The notes: generated by a model from the letters alone, not told the origin. Shown: positions 11,538 through 24,800, counted from the first letter of the stretch. The stretch is 64,000 bases of DNA from Leucoraja erinacea (GCF_028641065.1 NC_073389.1:27652001-27716000), one strand, 5' to 3'. Program-made: numbers and translations.

Positions 11538-13235
11538 ATATAGTTCAGTACAAGATACGCATCTCAGATGCTGAGTCTGAAGGTTTGTTCTTTGCAATCG
11601 TCCTGAAGTGACTGTAGCGTTTGCATGTTGATGGAGTTGCTGCTGTCATTTCAGCAACATCAGGATGCTTTTATTGTCTATTGTGCTTATTTGTCAGTGT
11701 CGTTTTAACATTGCAGGGACAGTGTGTAACCGATTACAGCCCACCCCAACTCTCTGCTCTCTGTTTTACCAGATTAAGGTGTTTATTTTTAGAATTAATT
11801 CCCCCTTCAACCTTAGATGAATACAAATAGTTCAGTTTTAGTTTTTTATTGTCAGGTGTACCGAGGTACAGTGAAGTGCTTTTTTGTTGCGTGCTATCCA
11901 GTCAGCAGAAAGACTGAAGAAGTCTGAGGAGGCGGGGAGGGAAGGAGGAGAGCAGGGAATAGAGGGATATAGATCATGTACAGGCAGAAGAGATCAGTTT
12001 AACTTGATTACTCATGTTTGGCACAAACATTGTGGGCTGAATGGCTTCTTCATGTGCTGTACTGCTCTATATTCTAGTGTAATTTGAAATGGAAACAAGC
12101 CCTTTGGCCCAACTCGTCCATGCCCACCAAGATACCCCATCTAAGCCAGTCCCATTTGCCCACAAGTGGCCCATTCCCCTCTAATCGACGTCCAGCTGTC
12201 TTTTAAATGTTGATATAGTCCCTGCCTCAGCTAACTCCTCTGGCAGCTTGTTCCATCTACCAACCACCCTCTGAGTGAAAAGGTTGCTCCTCGCGTTCCG
12301 ATTAAATCTTTCCCCTCTTACTTTAAACCTGTGTCCTCTGGTTCTTGATTCCTCTACTCTGTGCATTCACCCTATCCATTCCACTCATGATTTTATGCTC
12401 ATATTCACTGATCGAGAATTACACCATTCTTTAATCATGTAGACAATAGGATTTGTAACAAGGTTCAGAAATGAATGTGTGTATTTCAAGGAGAGGGGCA
12501 GTAAATTAATCACACAGCGATGTCCCCTTCTCACTTCTACAGAAGTATGCTGCCTTCTTCCATGCCTGTATTTATTATCAATGAATGCCTCTTATTCCGA
12601 GTACATAGAATTTCAACACTGCCTTCCAGACAAAGACTGTGTTTCACAACAGATATGATCTTCAGTAACGTAATTTAACTCCGGCAGGAGCACATGACGA
12701 GCAACCCATGTTCCCAAAAGGAGTGTGTAGGAAGGAGCTGCAGATGCTGGTTTACACAGAAGATAGATACAAAATGCTGGAGTAACTCAATGGATCTGGC
12801 AGCATCTCTGGAGAAAAAGAATAGGTGGCGTTTCAGGTTGAAGAAGGGTCGCCGAATGAAACGTCACCTCCTCCTTTTCTCCAGATGCTGCCTGTCCTAC
12901 TGAGTTACTCCAGCATTTTGTGTCTATTTAAGGTTAGTCAAGCTGTCCACAGTGTAGATACCGGATAAATGGAATAAGGTTTAGGGCCAGACAAAATCCA
13001 GAAAAGGCCAAAGTCTCAAACTCAATAGCAGCATTTCTGTTTGAGACCTGCCGCAGTAACACCCCTGGGTTTAAGTGACACAAATCCTTCCTTTCAGGAA
13101 GATTGTCACAAAATGCTGGAGTAACTCAGCAGGATAGAAGGAATGGGTGATGTTTCGGGTCGAGACCCTTTTTCAAGGGGTCTTATCGATGCCCATCCCC
13201 GCATGGCCCGGTTTCAGCATCTTCCGGCTGTATCC

Positions 13236-13532
13236 TTAGTTTAGTTTAAAGATACAGCTCGAAAACAGGCCCTTCAGTCCACAGAGTCTGCACCGATCAG
13301 CGATCCCCGCACACTAACTCTCCTACACACTAGAGACAATTTAACAGAAGCCAGCTAACCTACAAACCTGTTCATCTTTGGAGTGTGGGAGGAAACAAAA
13401 GCTCCCGGAGAAACCCCATGTGGTCAGAGGGAGAACGTACAAACTCCATACAGATAGCACCCGTGGTCAGGATCAAAGCAGGGTCTCTGGCGCTGTAAGG
13501 CAGCAGCTCTACCACTGCCCCACCGTGCCGCA
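13236..13532 (-). mobile_element. V-SINE (HE1-like)
   Basis: Same family, antisense. Confidence 0.8.
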
Positions 13533-15554
13533 CAACATGTAATCATGCATAGTTTTTCCGCTGACCGGATAGCAGGCAACATAAAACTGTACCTCGGTGC
13601 ATGTGACAATAATAAGCTAAACTGAAATAATGTCAGCTTTGACTTTCGAATCCTGTGCGGTGTGAAAATGCTGTTTGGGTGACTCATCCCGAGGAACATG
13701 AATTCCCCAAGATCGTTGTGTTTCACTTTAACAATCTCAATCTTCACTTCAGCAAATCTGAATGTGTGTGCGGTCTGTGTGATCGGTAACCTCGGATGTT
13801 GCTGATATACCTTTTGCCACAGAAATGTCCCCAAGTTGGTCAGAATGGAGAAGCTCACACCAAACATTTTTTGTGCACCTCACTGTTGCCATGGCGATGC
13901 CCTAAAAAAAGTTTTGAGGGAATTGGCAGCTAAGCCGTATTGTAGGGAAGTTGTATGGAGTCACGGTATGGTGTTACCAGTTGCATTTGTATGGGTTTAA
14001 GCTAGTTTTCACTCTTGCCATTGAAGTATGGTTTCACTGTGCTAATCACTCCCTTTTACCTTGCCCTTGTAGTCATTGTTCATTTTAATTCCATTCATTT
14101 GTAACCCTACACGACAACAACAACATTCATTTTTATAGAATGGAATTAAAATGAACTGCAGAGGCTGGTTTATATGGTCTCATCTTTGATTATGTGAATT
14201 TTGACCAGGATAAAGTGCCACTGGATTTTGTCTACACTAAAACAGTGTTATATAAAAATGGACACAAAATGCTGGAGTAACTTAGAGGGTCAGACGGCAT
14301 TTCTGGAGAACATGGATATGCAGGTTGGGTCTGAAGAAGGGTCCTGACCTGAAACGTCAACTATGCATTTTCTCCAGAGATGCTGCCTGATCTGCTGTTA
14401 CTCCAACATTTTGTATCCATTTTTATATAACACTGTTTTAGTGTAGATAAAATCCAGTGGCTCTTCATCGTAGTTGGCCAAAAATGATATAAAGCCAAAG
14501 GTGAAAAGACCTTCAGGAGGAGATGTGAGGAGATTTAGACTCTAGACGTTCAAGTGAGAAAGCGTGGAAACAGGTCCTTCAGCCCACTAAGTCTGCGCTG
14601 ACCACTGATTCCCAAACATTAGTTCAGACTAAGTCTGAAGAAGGCTCTCGACCCAAAGCGTCACCCATTCCGTCTCTCCAGAGATGCTGCCTGTCCAGCT
14701 GAGTTACTCCAGTATTTTGTGTCTACCTTCAATTTAAACCAGCATCAGCAGTTCTTTCCTACACACTAGTTCCATCCTATACACTAGGGACAATTTACAT
14801 AAATCAATTACCTACAAACCTGTATATCTTAGGAATGTGGGAGAAAACTGGAGTATCCAGAAGAAACCCACGTGGTCACAGGGAAAACCCACATAGATAG
14901 CACCTGTAGTCAGGATCGAACCCGGGTCCCTGGTTGCTGTGAGGTAGCGGCGGCTCCAATCCTGACCTCGGCTGCCCTCTGTGCAGAGTTTGCACTCTCT
15001 CCCTGTGACCACGTGGGTGGCCTCCGGGTGCACTGGTTTCATCCCAAAGATGGTCGGGTTTGTAGGTTAATCGGTCTCTGTAAATGAGAAGAGGAAGTGA
15101 CTGGGTTGAGACTGGTCCTTGATTATGCCAGTGGCCTTGCCAAGACAGCATGAAATATATAGTGTGAAGTGTTGGCCCACATCCCTCTAAATCTCTCCTA
15201 TCCATGTACCTGTCCAAATATATTTTTAACATTGTTCCATATACCCACTATATTATTTGATGCATTTCTGTGTTTATTAAATATAGCTGATCTCCTCTGG
15301 GTGTAGTTCACAAGCTTTTTGCTTTCAGTTTTGGATTTGGTGTCATGTTTTTTCTGATTAATCTAAGAGTTAACCATGACTGCCATTGTGTCAGTCTCCA
15401 ATAACAAGCACAATCTGCTGGAGACCTGACACAGAACAGAAACCTCAAACAGTTAGGCTGCAAGTTTTGTGCTGGCCTTTTTGAAGCTTGGCAGGGTCTG
15501 CATGCTGTTGAGATACATTTCCATTTGGCTTTTTCATAGGCAAAATAATTACTT

Positions 15555-15850
15555 CTTTAGACTTCAGAGATACAGTGTGGAAACAGGCCCTTCAGCCCAC
15601 TGTGTCCGCGCTGACCAGTGATCACTCCGTATACTAGCACTATCCAACACACTAGGGACAATTTACAATTTTACTGATCTAACTTTACAACCTTTGCAGT
15701 GTGGGAGGAAAATGGAGCTCCTAGAGAAATCCCATGCAGTCACAGGGAGAATGTACAATCTCCGTACAGACAGCGCCAATAGTCAGGATCGACCCCGGGT
15801 GTCTGGCGCTGTAAGGCAGCAACTCTACCGCTGTGCCACTGTGTCGCCCT
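15555..15850 (-). mobile_element. V-SINE (HE1-like)
   Basis: Same family, antisense. Confidence 0.8.
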
Positions 15851-16255
15851 TGCTGTTCCTGAACCTGGTGGTCACAGTTTTCAGACTCCTGTACCTTCTT
15901 CCCGATAGCAGGAGTGAAAAGTGAGAGTGTGGCCAGGGCGGTGTGGGTCTTTGACAATGCTGGCTGCCTCCAGATTTGATAAATAACAAGCCGATAATAG
16001 ACGTACACATAAGCAATAGAACGGGAGTCAAGAGTTTAATTGTCACATGTATCAGTAACGGAACAATGAAATTCTTACTCGTTGCAGCTTAACAGGCCCA
16101 TTAATACAACAATACACAGATAAATATATAATGATCATAATACAATAAATTAATAATTACCCAATTTATTAAAGTGTCGTTCTTTAAATGTGTGAGTGAG
16201 TGACTTAAAGAGACGGTGGCCTTGGAAATAAGTCACTGAAAGGTAAAACAACAGA

Positions 16256-17506
16256 GCATGCTTGACTAATCTTCTGGAATTTTTTGAGGATGTAACTAGG
16301 AAAATGGACAAGGGAGAGCCAGTGGAGGTAGTGTACCTGGACTTTCACAAAGCATTTGATACGGTCCCACATGGGAGATTAGTGGGCAAAATTAAAGCAC
16401 ATGGTATTAGGGGTAGGGTACTGACATGGATAGAAAATTGGTTGGCAGGCAGTTAAACAGGGATTAACGGGTCCCTTTCAGAGTGGCAGTCAGTGACTAG
16501 TGGGGTACCGCAAGGCTCAGTGCTGGGACCGCAGCTATTTACAATATACATTAATGATTTAGATGATGAGATTAAAAGTAACATTGGCAAATTTGCAGAT
16601 GACACAAAGCTGGGTGGCAGTGTGAACTGTGAGGAGGATGCTATGAGGATGCAGGGTGACTTGGACAGGTTGGGTGAGTGGGCAGATACATGGCAGTTGC
16701 AGTTTAATGTGGATAAATTTGAGGTTATCCACTTTGGTGGCAAAAACTGGAAGGCGGATTATTATCTGAATGGTGTCAAGTTGGGAAAAGGGGAAGAACA
16801 ACGGGATCTGGGGGGCCCTGTTCATCAGTCACTGAAAGTAAGCATGCAGGTACGGCAGGCAGTGAAGAAAGCGAATGGCATGTTGACCTTCATAACAAGA
16901 GAAGCTGAGTATAGGAGCAAAGAGGTCCTTCTGCAGTTGTACAAGGCCCTAGTGAGACCACAGCTGGAGTATTGTGTGCAGTTTTGGTCTCCAAATATGA
17001 GGAAGGACATTCTTGGTATTGTGGGAGTGCAGCGTAGGTTCACAAGGTTAATTCCCGGGATGGCATGACTGTCATAAATTGACAGAATGGAGCGGCTGGG
17101 CTTGTAAACTCTGGAATTTAGGGTGAGAGTGGATCCCATTGAAAAATATAAGATTATTAAGGGATTGTTCACGCTAGAGGCAGGAAACATGTTCCCGATG
17201 TTGGGGGGTCTAGAACTAGGGGCCACAGTTTAAGAATAAGAGGTAGGCCATTTATAACGGAGATGAAGAAAAACTTTTTCACCCAGTGTTGTTTGTGAAT
17301 GTGTGGAATTCTCTGCCTCAGAAGGCAGGGGAGGCCAATTCTCTGGATCCTTTCAAGAGAGAGTTAGAATGAGCTCTTAAAGATAGCGGAGTCAGGGGAT
17401 TTGGAGAGAAGGCAGGAACGGGGTACTGACTGTGGATGATCAGCCATGATCATATTGAATGGCGGTGCTGGCTCGAAGCGCCGGTTGGTCTACTCCTGCA
17501 CCTATT
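16256..17506 (+). mobile_element. 5'-truncated CR1-clade LINE (HER1-like), degenerate RT and 3' tail
   Basis: LTNLLEFFEDVT, VYLDFHKAFDTVPH, GVPQGSVLGP, KFADDTKLGG, RPQLEYCVQFWSP; frameshifts and stops present. Confidence 0.93.
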
Positions 17507-17747
17507 GGAGTAACTCAGCAGGTCAGACAGTATCTCTAGAGGGCGTGGATAGGTGACATTTTGAGTCGGGACACTTCTTCTGAGTCTGACACGTGTAGGT
17601 ACAGCACAGTTCAGAAGAACAGGGTCCTTTGCTGGATATCTTGCACAATGTACCTCTCCAAACCTCCTCAACTGAAAGGATGGATTAAAGTTATTTTGTT
17701 CCATTTCAATTGTCACAATAATTTTAACTAAACTTTAATCTCCTTTA

Positions 17748-18210
17748 GATAGACACAAAATGCTGGTCAGGCAGCAACTCTATAGAAAAGGAATAGGTGA
17801 TGTTTCGGGTCGAGACCCTTCTTCAGACTGAGAGTTGGGGGAAAGGGTAATTAGTGGGATGAAAAGGTATAAAGAACCAAAAAATGAAATGTATGAAAAG
17901 AACAAATCACTGTTCATACCCGCCTCGTTATCATCTCTTCCACAGCCAACAATGAACCATTGTGGGCTCTGCCTTTTCTTGAACATCCTTTCTGGCCTTG
18001 ATTTGATCTTTTCATACCTTTCATTTTTTTGTTCTTTGTATCTTTTCATACCTCCAGTTTCCCTCTCCCGTGACTCTCAGCCTGAAGAAGGGTCTCAACC
18101 CAAAACGGCACCCATTCCTTTCCTCCAGAGATGCTGCCTGACCCGTCAAGTTACTCCAGCATTTGGTGTCTATCTTCCGTGTAAACCAGCATCTGCAGTT
18201 CCTTCCTACG
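17748..18210. mobile_element. Older, longer Penelope 3'-end fold-back copy
   Basis: Inverted arms (about 17750-17900 vs 18015-18175), each with the hammerhead-like motif. Similar older copies at about 12725-12925, 19820-20010, 23935-24085, 28428-28655, 38205-38405, 50150-51810 (split), 54745-55100 and 60040-60270. Confidence 0.75.
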
Positions 18211-18382
18211 CATTCAAAGTATTTTAATTGTAATGTGTGATGTGATAGCAGTATTTGCTCATGACACTCGATAAGTATTCCAGTCGATTTATATTTTGGT
18301 TTGCGTTTTGATTTTGTTTTGGGTTGTGAATTTGACTTGGATGAATGGAGTGAAATCTTTCTGGGAAATATGTGTAAACATT

Positions 18383-18668
18383 GGCACGGTGGCCCAGTGC
18401 CGCATCGGTATAGTTGCTGCCTCACAGCACCGGAGACCGGGTTCGTTCCTGACACAGGTACTGTCTATGCAGAGTTTGCACGTTCTCTCCGTGACCGCAT
18501 CGGTTTTCTCCCACACTCCAAATATATGTACAGGTTAATAGGGTGTCGGTTAAAAATTGTAAGTTGTCCCTAATGTGTAGGATAGTGCTAGTGTACAGGG
18601 TGATCACTGATTGGTGTAGACCCGGTGGGCCGAAGGGCCTGTTACTGTTTTGGATATCTAAAGTAAAC
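18383..18668 (+). mobile_element. V-SINE (HE1-like)
   Basis: Same family. Confidence 0.78.
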
Positions 18669-18913
18669 ATTTAAGAACATAGACCAGTACAGCCCTTTGG
18701 CTCATAATGACTGTGCTGAACATGATGCCATGACCAACTCTTATCAGCCTGCACATAATCCATGTCCCTCCTTTCCCTGCATATCCATGTGGGTGAATAC
18801 ATTTACCACTTTGCATAGATGTTGGAAAAAAACCAAAAGGCTAACATGATACAATCTGCATTTTGCTTATTAATTTTGCCAATCTTGCCTCCCACATGTA
18901 AAGACTGGCTCCT

Positions 18914-19222
18914 TCCAGAACAAGGGGTCACAGTTTAAGGATAAAGGGGAAATCTTTTAGGACCGAGATGAGGAAAACTTTTTTCACACAGAGAGTGGTG
19001 AATCTCTGGAATTCTCTGCCGCAGAAGGTAGTTGAGGCCAGTTAATTATATTTTAAGAGGGAGTTAGATATAGCTCTTGTGGCTAAAGGGATCAGGGGGT
19101 ATGGAGAGAAGGCAGGAACAGGATACTGAGTTGGATGATCAGCCATGATCATATTGAATGGCGGTGCAGGCTCGAAGGGCCAAATGGCCTACTCCTGCAC
19201 CTATTTTCTGTGTTTCTATGTT
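18914..19222 (+). mobile_element. CR1 3' fragment, young
   Basis: RTRGHSLRIKG...FTQRVVNLWNSLP, ending in ctcctgcacctattttct.tgtttctatg. Confidence 0.85.
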
Positions 19223-20519
19223 TCACCTATCCATGTTTGCCTTCCAAAGTAAAGTCGGATCAAAGATAGTTTGAGGGTTTCCAGTGAGGTAGATAGTAGC
19301 TCAGGACTGCTCTCTAGTTGGTGATAGGCTGGTTCAGTTGCCTGATTACAGCTGGGGAAAAAACTGTCCCTGAATCTGGAGGTGTGTGTTTTTACGCTTC
19401 TGTACCTCTTGCCTGATGGGAGAGGGTAGAAGAGGTAGTGGCCGGGGTGAGACTGGTCTTTGATTATGCTGGTGGCCTTGTAAAGTGTAAATGGAATCAA
19501 TGGATGTTTGTGTGATGGTCTGGACTGCGTCCACAATTCTCTGCAATTTCTTGTGATCTTGGATGGAGCGGTTCCCAAACCACGTTCTTCCATTTGTGTG
19601 TTCTGTGTGCCGTCATTGACAGCAGAATTATTTGACCAAGCAACTTGGCAATAATGTTCCAGTTGGGAGGCTCACGAGTGCATTTCTTTGAACCATGCAT
19701 GTTGCAATGCCTGCCATTGTCTCGGGAGATCTGTGGAAACAATGCGTGAGAAGAATGGGTTGAGAATGTCGGAATATGCATTCATCTACTCAAACATAGT
19801 TTGCCTTTAATTGTAGACTGAAGGAACTGCCAATGCTGGCTTACAAAAAAAATACAAAGTGCTGGAGTAACTCAATGGGCCGGGCAGAGTTTCTGGAAAA
19901 CATGGGTCGATGATGTTTCGAGTTGGATCCTTCATCAGTCTGAAACATCACCTATCCATGTTCTACAGAAATGCTGCCTGACACGCTGAGTTACTCCAGC
20001 ATTTTGTGTTTTGTGCCTTAAATTGACCTCTGATTTGTGTTCCCACCATCTTTGCCATAATTCCTTGATTTATTTTACCCAATTTAAAAACATTGTCCAG
20101 TTTTCAATTGCCTAACTGGCTCTTAATCTTTCAGTTGAGAAGAAATTCCCATCGTTGTTCCTTGTTCCAAAGCAGTTAGTCAGACCCCCCATGTTGAATT
20201 GCAGCTCCCCTGGTTTAATATGCTCAGTTTGTCTATCTTGTTCTTCTAACCTACTGATCCATTAAACATTACCATGTCTCCTAATTCAGCAGCCATTTCA
20301 AACTCCGTTGTGCAACTCTACTATCTGTTTGAGAGCTACATTAAACATTTCTTGCAAACTACTTATGATGCTTGCCTGTGAGAGAATAGACCCTTTATCC
20401 ATGTTGTCTCCGGCTTGTCTATTAATGACTGAAGCACGTCACACAGGCTGCCTGCAATTCTCCCGCACTCTTGCCGTTAGTATGCAAAAGGACATAGGGT
20501 TTTGAATCAGTAGTAAGGA

Positions 20520-21432
20520 AGACAAATTCAATGCTAGCATTTATTTATAGAGGACTTGAATATAAAATGTAATGCTGAGGCTTTATAAGGCACTGGTCAG
20601 ACCACATTTGAAGCATTGTGAGCAGTTTTGGGCCCCATATCTGAGGAAGGATGATCTGGCACTGGAGAGAGCCCAGAGGAGGTTTACGAGAATGATCCGA
20701 GGGATGATTGGTTTAACTTATGATAAGCGTTTGACGGTACTGGGCCTGTACTCGCTGGAGTTTAGGAGGATGAGGGGGAACCTCATTGCAACTTACTGAA
20801 TAGTGAAAGGCCTGGGTAGGGTGGATGCGGAGAGTATGTGTCCACCAGTGGGAGAGTCTAGGACCATAGGCTATAGCAGGGGTCGGCAACCTACGGCCCC
20901 CAGGCCGAATGCAGCCCGTAACCTGAAATCATCCGGCCCTCAGGCGGATTTTTTTCCCCATAATCATCCGGCCCGCCGAGCTCCTGCGCAAAGCCACCAG
21001 CACGGCCGCGCACCTTCTGTGAACACGTTTAAGAACTGCAGATGCTGGGAAAATCTAAGATCGACAAAAAAATTGGAGAAACTCAGCGGGTGAGACATGC
21101 AAGGATTGCATGAGGCTGCCTGCCTCACCTGCTGCGTTTCCTCAGCATTTTTGTCTACCTTCTGTGAACACGTGATTTGATGCCTGCCATCCTGGGCGGG
21201 ACCCATGTGTACACGTGATAGATGTGGCCCGCCATCCGCTCACAGGCATGCGTCCCGGCCCCTATGCAGAACAAGGTTGCCGACCCCTGGGCTATAGCTT
21301 CAGAATAAGAGGACGTAAATGAGGGGAATTTTCTTCAATCAGAGGATGGTGAATCTGTGGAATTAATTTCCACGGACAGCTGTGGAGGACGTCAATTAAT
21401 ATTTTTAAGGCAGAGATTGACGCGGGTTCTCG
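20520..21432 (+). mobile_element. CR1 3' fragment interrupted by a hAT MITE
   Basis: MLRLYKALVRPHLKHCEQFWAPYLRKD...GLYSLEFRRMRG; resumes after the TSD at 21298. Confidence 0.85.
20877..21289. mobile_element. hAT (Charlie-like) MITE
   Basis: Perfect 16-bp TIR CAGGGGTCGGCAACCT (20877-92 / 21274-89); perfect 8-bp TSD GGCTATAG (20869-76 / 21290-97). Confidence 0.92.
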
Positions 21433-21433
21433 A

Positions 21434-21810
21434 TTACGATACGATAAAACTTTATTCATCCCCGGTGGGAAATTGGTTTGCCAACAGTCACAACACACAA
21501 GGTCCATGAAAACTTGAAATTTAAATAAAGGGACACAAAAAGAAAAAGACAAGCGACTGTTGGCTGGTGGCCGTGTGCACAGCGCCTTGACCGGAACAAA
21601 TGAACAAACAAACGAACACAGACTTATCTGCTGGGCAGAGGATTCTAAACTAGTCCGTCCCCCCCCCACACCGGGTCTCCCTTTGTTTTCCCACCGTCCA
21701 TCCCGGCCTTCCCCCCACGCCGTGTTCTCATTGTCACTCCCTCCTCCCCTGGCTCATAAGACAAGAACACATAACACACCCCCCTCCCCTGTAATATGGG
21801 GGATGCGTAT
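21434..21810 (-). mobile_element. Non-autonomous element with Rex1-type 3' end
   Basis: Minus strand ends aatttcccaccggggatgaataaagttttatcgtatcgt, the same architecture as the tail at 50226-50280. Confidence 0.6.
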
Positions 21811-24800
21811 ATTCATAGTGTCATACTGCGTGGAAGCGGACCCTTCGGCCCAGCTTGCCCACACAGACAAACATACCCAACTACACTAATCCCACCTGCC
21901 TGTGTTTGGCACGTTCCTCTAAACCTATACTATCTGTATATCTGACTGAATGTTTCTTAATCATTGTGAAATGCCTGCCTCACCCACCTCCTCTGGCAGC
22001 TCATTCCATATATCTACCACCCGCTGTGTAAAAAAAGTTGCCCCGCCGGTTCCTATTAGATCTTTCCTCTCAACTTAAACTGATGTTCACAGGTTCTCGA
22101 CCACCCCCCCCCCCCCCCCTGCTCTGGGTAAAAAACTGTGCATTCACCCTATCACCCTTCAGCCCCCTTCAACAATGAACAGCAAAGCAAATTGTTTTTT
22201 CTTTAATTCAGAGCTTTAATTAAATGCATTTCGGGCACATTTTTTGTAGGAAAGCTCTTTCAGTCATGGAAGAGGAAAATCTCAAAACTTTCCTTGAAAC
22301 TAAATGGAAATAGGGGGATAATTTCATGTGCCTTAATATTGATGACGTTTTTGACTGAGACCAAAGGATTAGTGGTCCAGCTGCAGCTTTGGGAATTGTG
22401 AAAGATGTTGAGAAAGTCAATGACTATTCCCAGCACTTGGTGAAATAGCAATAACAAACATGTGTTTAAGATTATCGTCGGACCATGGATAGGGATAATG
22501 GGGTTATTAAGACTTAGAATGCTTTACCGCAAATGGCGGTTCAGCAAAACTTTGAGAAATTTGCTGACTACTTTAAATGAGAAAATTGAAGAATATTGTT
22601 AAAGAAATATACTGGAATATAGAGATGGAGAGAACAGTAGAACTGCTGCCTCACAGCGCCAGAGACCCGGGTTCAATTCTGACTTCAGCTGTCTGTGCCG
22701 AGTTTGCACGTTCTCCCTGTGACTGCATATGTTTCCTCCGGGTGCTCCGGTTTTGTCCCACATCCCAAAGACGTGCAGGTTTGTAGATTAATTGGCTTCT
22801 GTAAACATATCTATCCAGTCAAAAGAAAAACTTCACATGATTAAAATCAAGTCATCCACAGATGCCAAGTTAAACTAATCTCCCCAGCCTGCACATAAAC
22901 CACATCCCTCCATTCCCTATATGTCCATCTGCCTATCTAAAAGCCTCTTCAATGCCACTATCATATCTGCCTCCACCATCACCCCTGGTAGCATATTCCA
23001 GGCACCCAACACTGTCTATAGTAAAAAAAAACATGTGCACATATCCTTCAAACTTTGCCTGTCTGACTGTAAAACCCTCTAGTATTTGGTATTTCCACCC
23101 TGGGGGGTAAAAGGTTATGATTGTCCACCCTATCTATGCCTCTCAGAATTTTATATATTTAAAGATAAATATCTTGACTGAAGTGACGAGTAACTAAGCT
23201 CGATGGATCTACACTTCATCTTCTGCCACTGCCATTGTATGATTTTATTTTAGCCATTCTTGTGTTAAGCCTGTATTTAGTATTGAGTATAATATATTCC
23301 ACCCTGTGCCAATGTGCTTGAGTTTTTGAAAATAGTATTAATCAATCTTTCTACTTCATGAACATAACAAGCAAACCACATTCTCCCTGTGACCATGTGG
23401 GTTTTCTCTGGGTGCTCCATTTTCTTTGCACTTTCCAAAGACGTACAGGGTTGTAGGTTAATTGGCTTCTGGAAATTGTTCCTAGTGTGTTGGATAGAAC
23501 TAGTGTACAGGAGACTAATGGTCGGAGTGGACTCAGTGGGCCTATTTCCACACTGTATCTCTAAACTAATTTGGCCTGGATAGAGTGAATGTGGAGAGGA
23601 TGTTTCCACTAGTGGGAGAGTCTAGGACCAGAAGTCATAGCCTCAGAATAAAAGGACGTTCCTTTAGGAAGGAGATGAGGAGGAATTTCTTTAGTCGGAG
23701 GGTGGTGAATCTGTGGAATTAATTGTCACAGAAGGCGGTGGAGGCCGTCAATTAATATTTTTAAGGCAGAGATAGATAAATTATTGATTAGTATGGGTGT
23801 CACGGGTTATGGAGAGAAGGCAGGAGAATGGGGTTAAGAGGGGAAGATAGATCAGCCATGATTGAATGGCGGAGTAGACTTGACGGGCCAAATGGCCTAA
23901 TTCTACTCCTATCATTTATGAACATTATGAAAAGGACATTAAGTGCTGGAGTTAATCAGCGGCTCAGACCACATCTCTGGAGAACATAGATCAGTCACGT
24001 CTCGTCTGAAGAAGAGTTCTAACCTGAGATGTGTTCTCCAGAGATGCTGTCTGACCTGCTGAGTTACTCCAGCACTTTGTGTGTTTTGTAAATTCAATGC
24101 AGGTGGCCTCATTTGTGCTTATTAGCATTAGGTGGGGCAGTGAAATTGGGAGTGGTTGTTAGGAAGTTGCAGAATCAACAAGATTTATAAAGAATCTGAA
24201 AGAGAAGGCAAGGAATAGTGGAAGTCCCGAAGAATGGAAACATTTTAGAAGCCAGCAAAAGATGACTTAAGAGAGTGGGGGTAAAGTATATTAGGAGAGT
24301 TAGCTGGCAAGAAATATCAAAACTGCAAATAAAATCTTTCATGTGAACAGAAAGATAAAGTAGCCAATGGGAAATGGCAGGGATTTATTTTGCTTTCACT
24401 TTCATCAAGGTTTCACTGCTGTTTCTTGCACCTGCAAAATATATGAGTTTTGGTTCAGGACCCGTCTTTGCGCTTCTTCAGGGTCTGAAGAAGGTTCCCG
24501 ACCAGAAACATCACCTGCACATTCCCTGCACTGATGCTGCCTGACCTCCTGAGTTCCTCCAGCACTTTGTTGCGATGACTGGTCCCTCCCTCTTTGGGCA
24601 ATTTGCCCCGGTAAAATGCAAATGGCCCCCTGCACATTACAAATGAACCACTTTTCTTAGACATAATGAAGTTTACTTTGCCAAAGCAAAGTAGCTCATC
24701 TGGTAGAGCCGCTTCCTCACAGCACCAGAGACTCGGGTTCCATCCTGAATGCAGGTGCTGCCTGTGTTGCGTTTGCACGTTCTGTTTGTGACCGTGTGGG

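Noticed and set aside
16262-17068. Functional or domesticated reverse transcriptase
   Set aside because: 5'-truncated, internally deleted and frameshifted CR1 copy.
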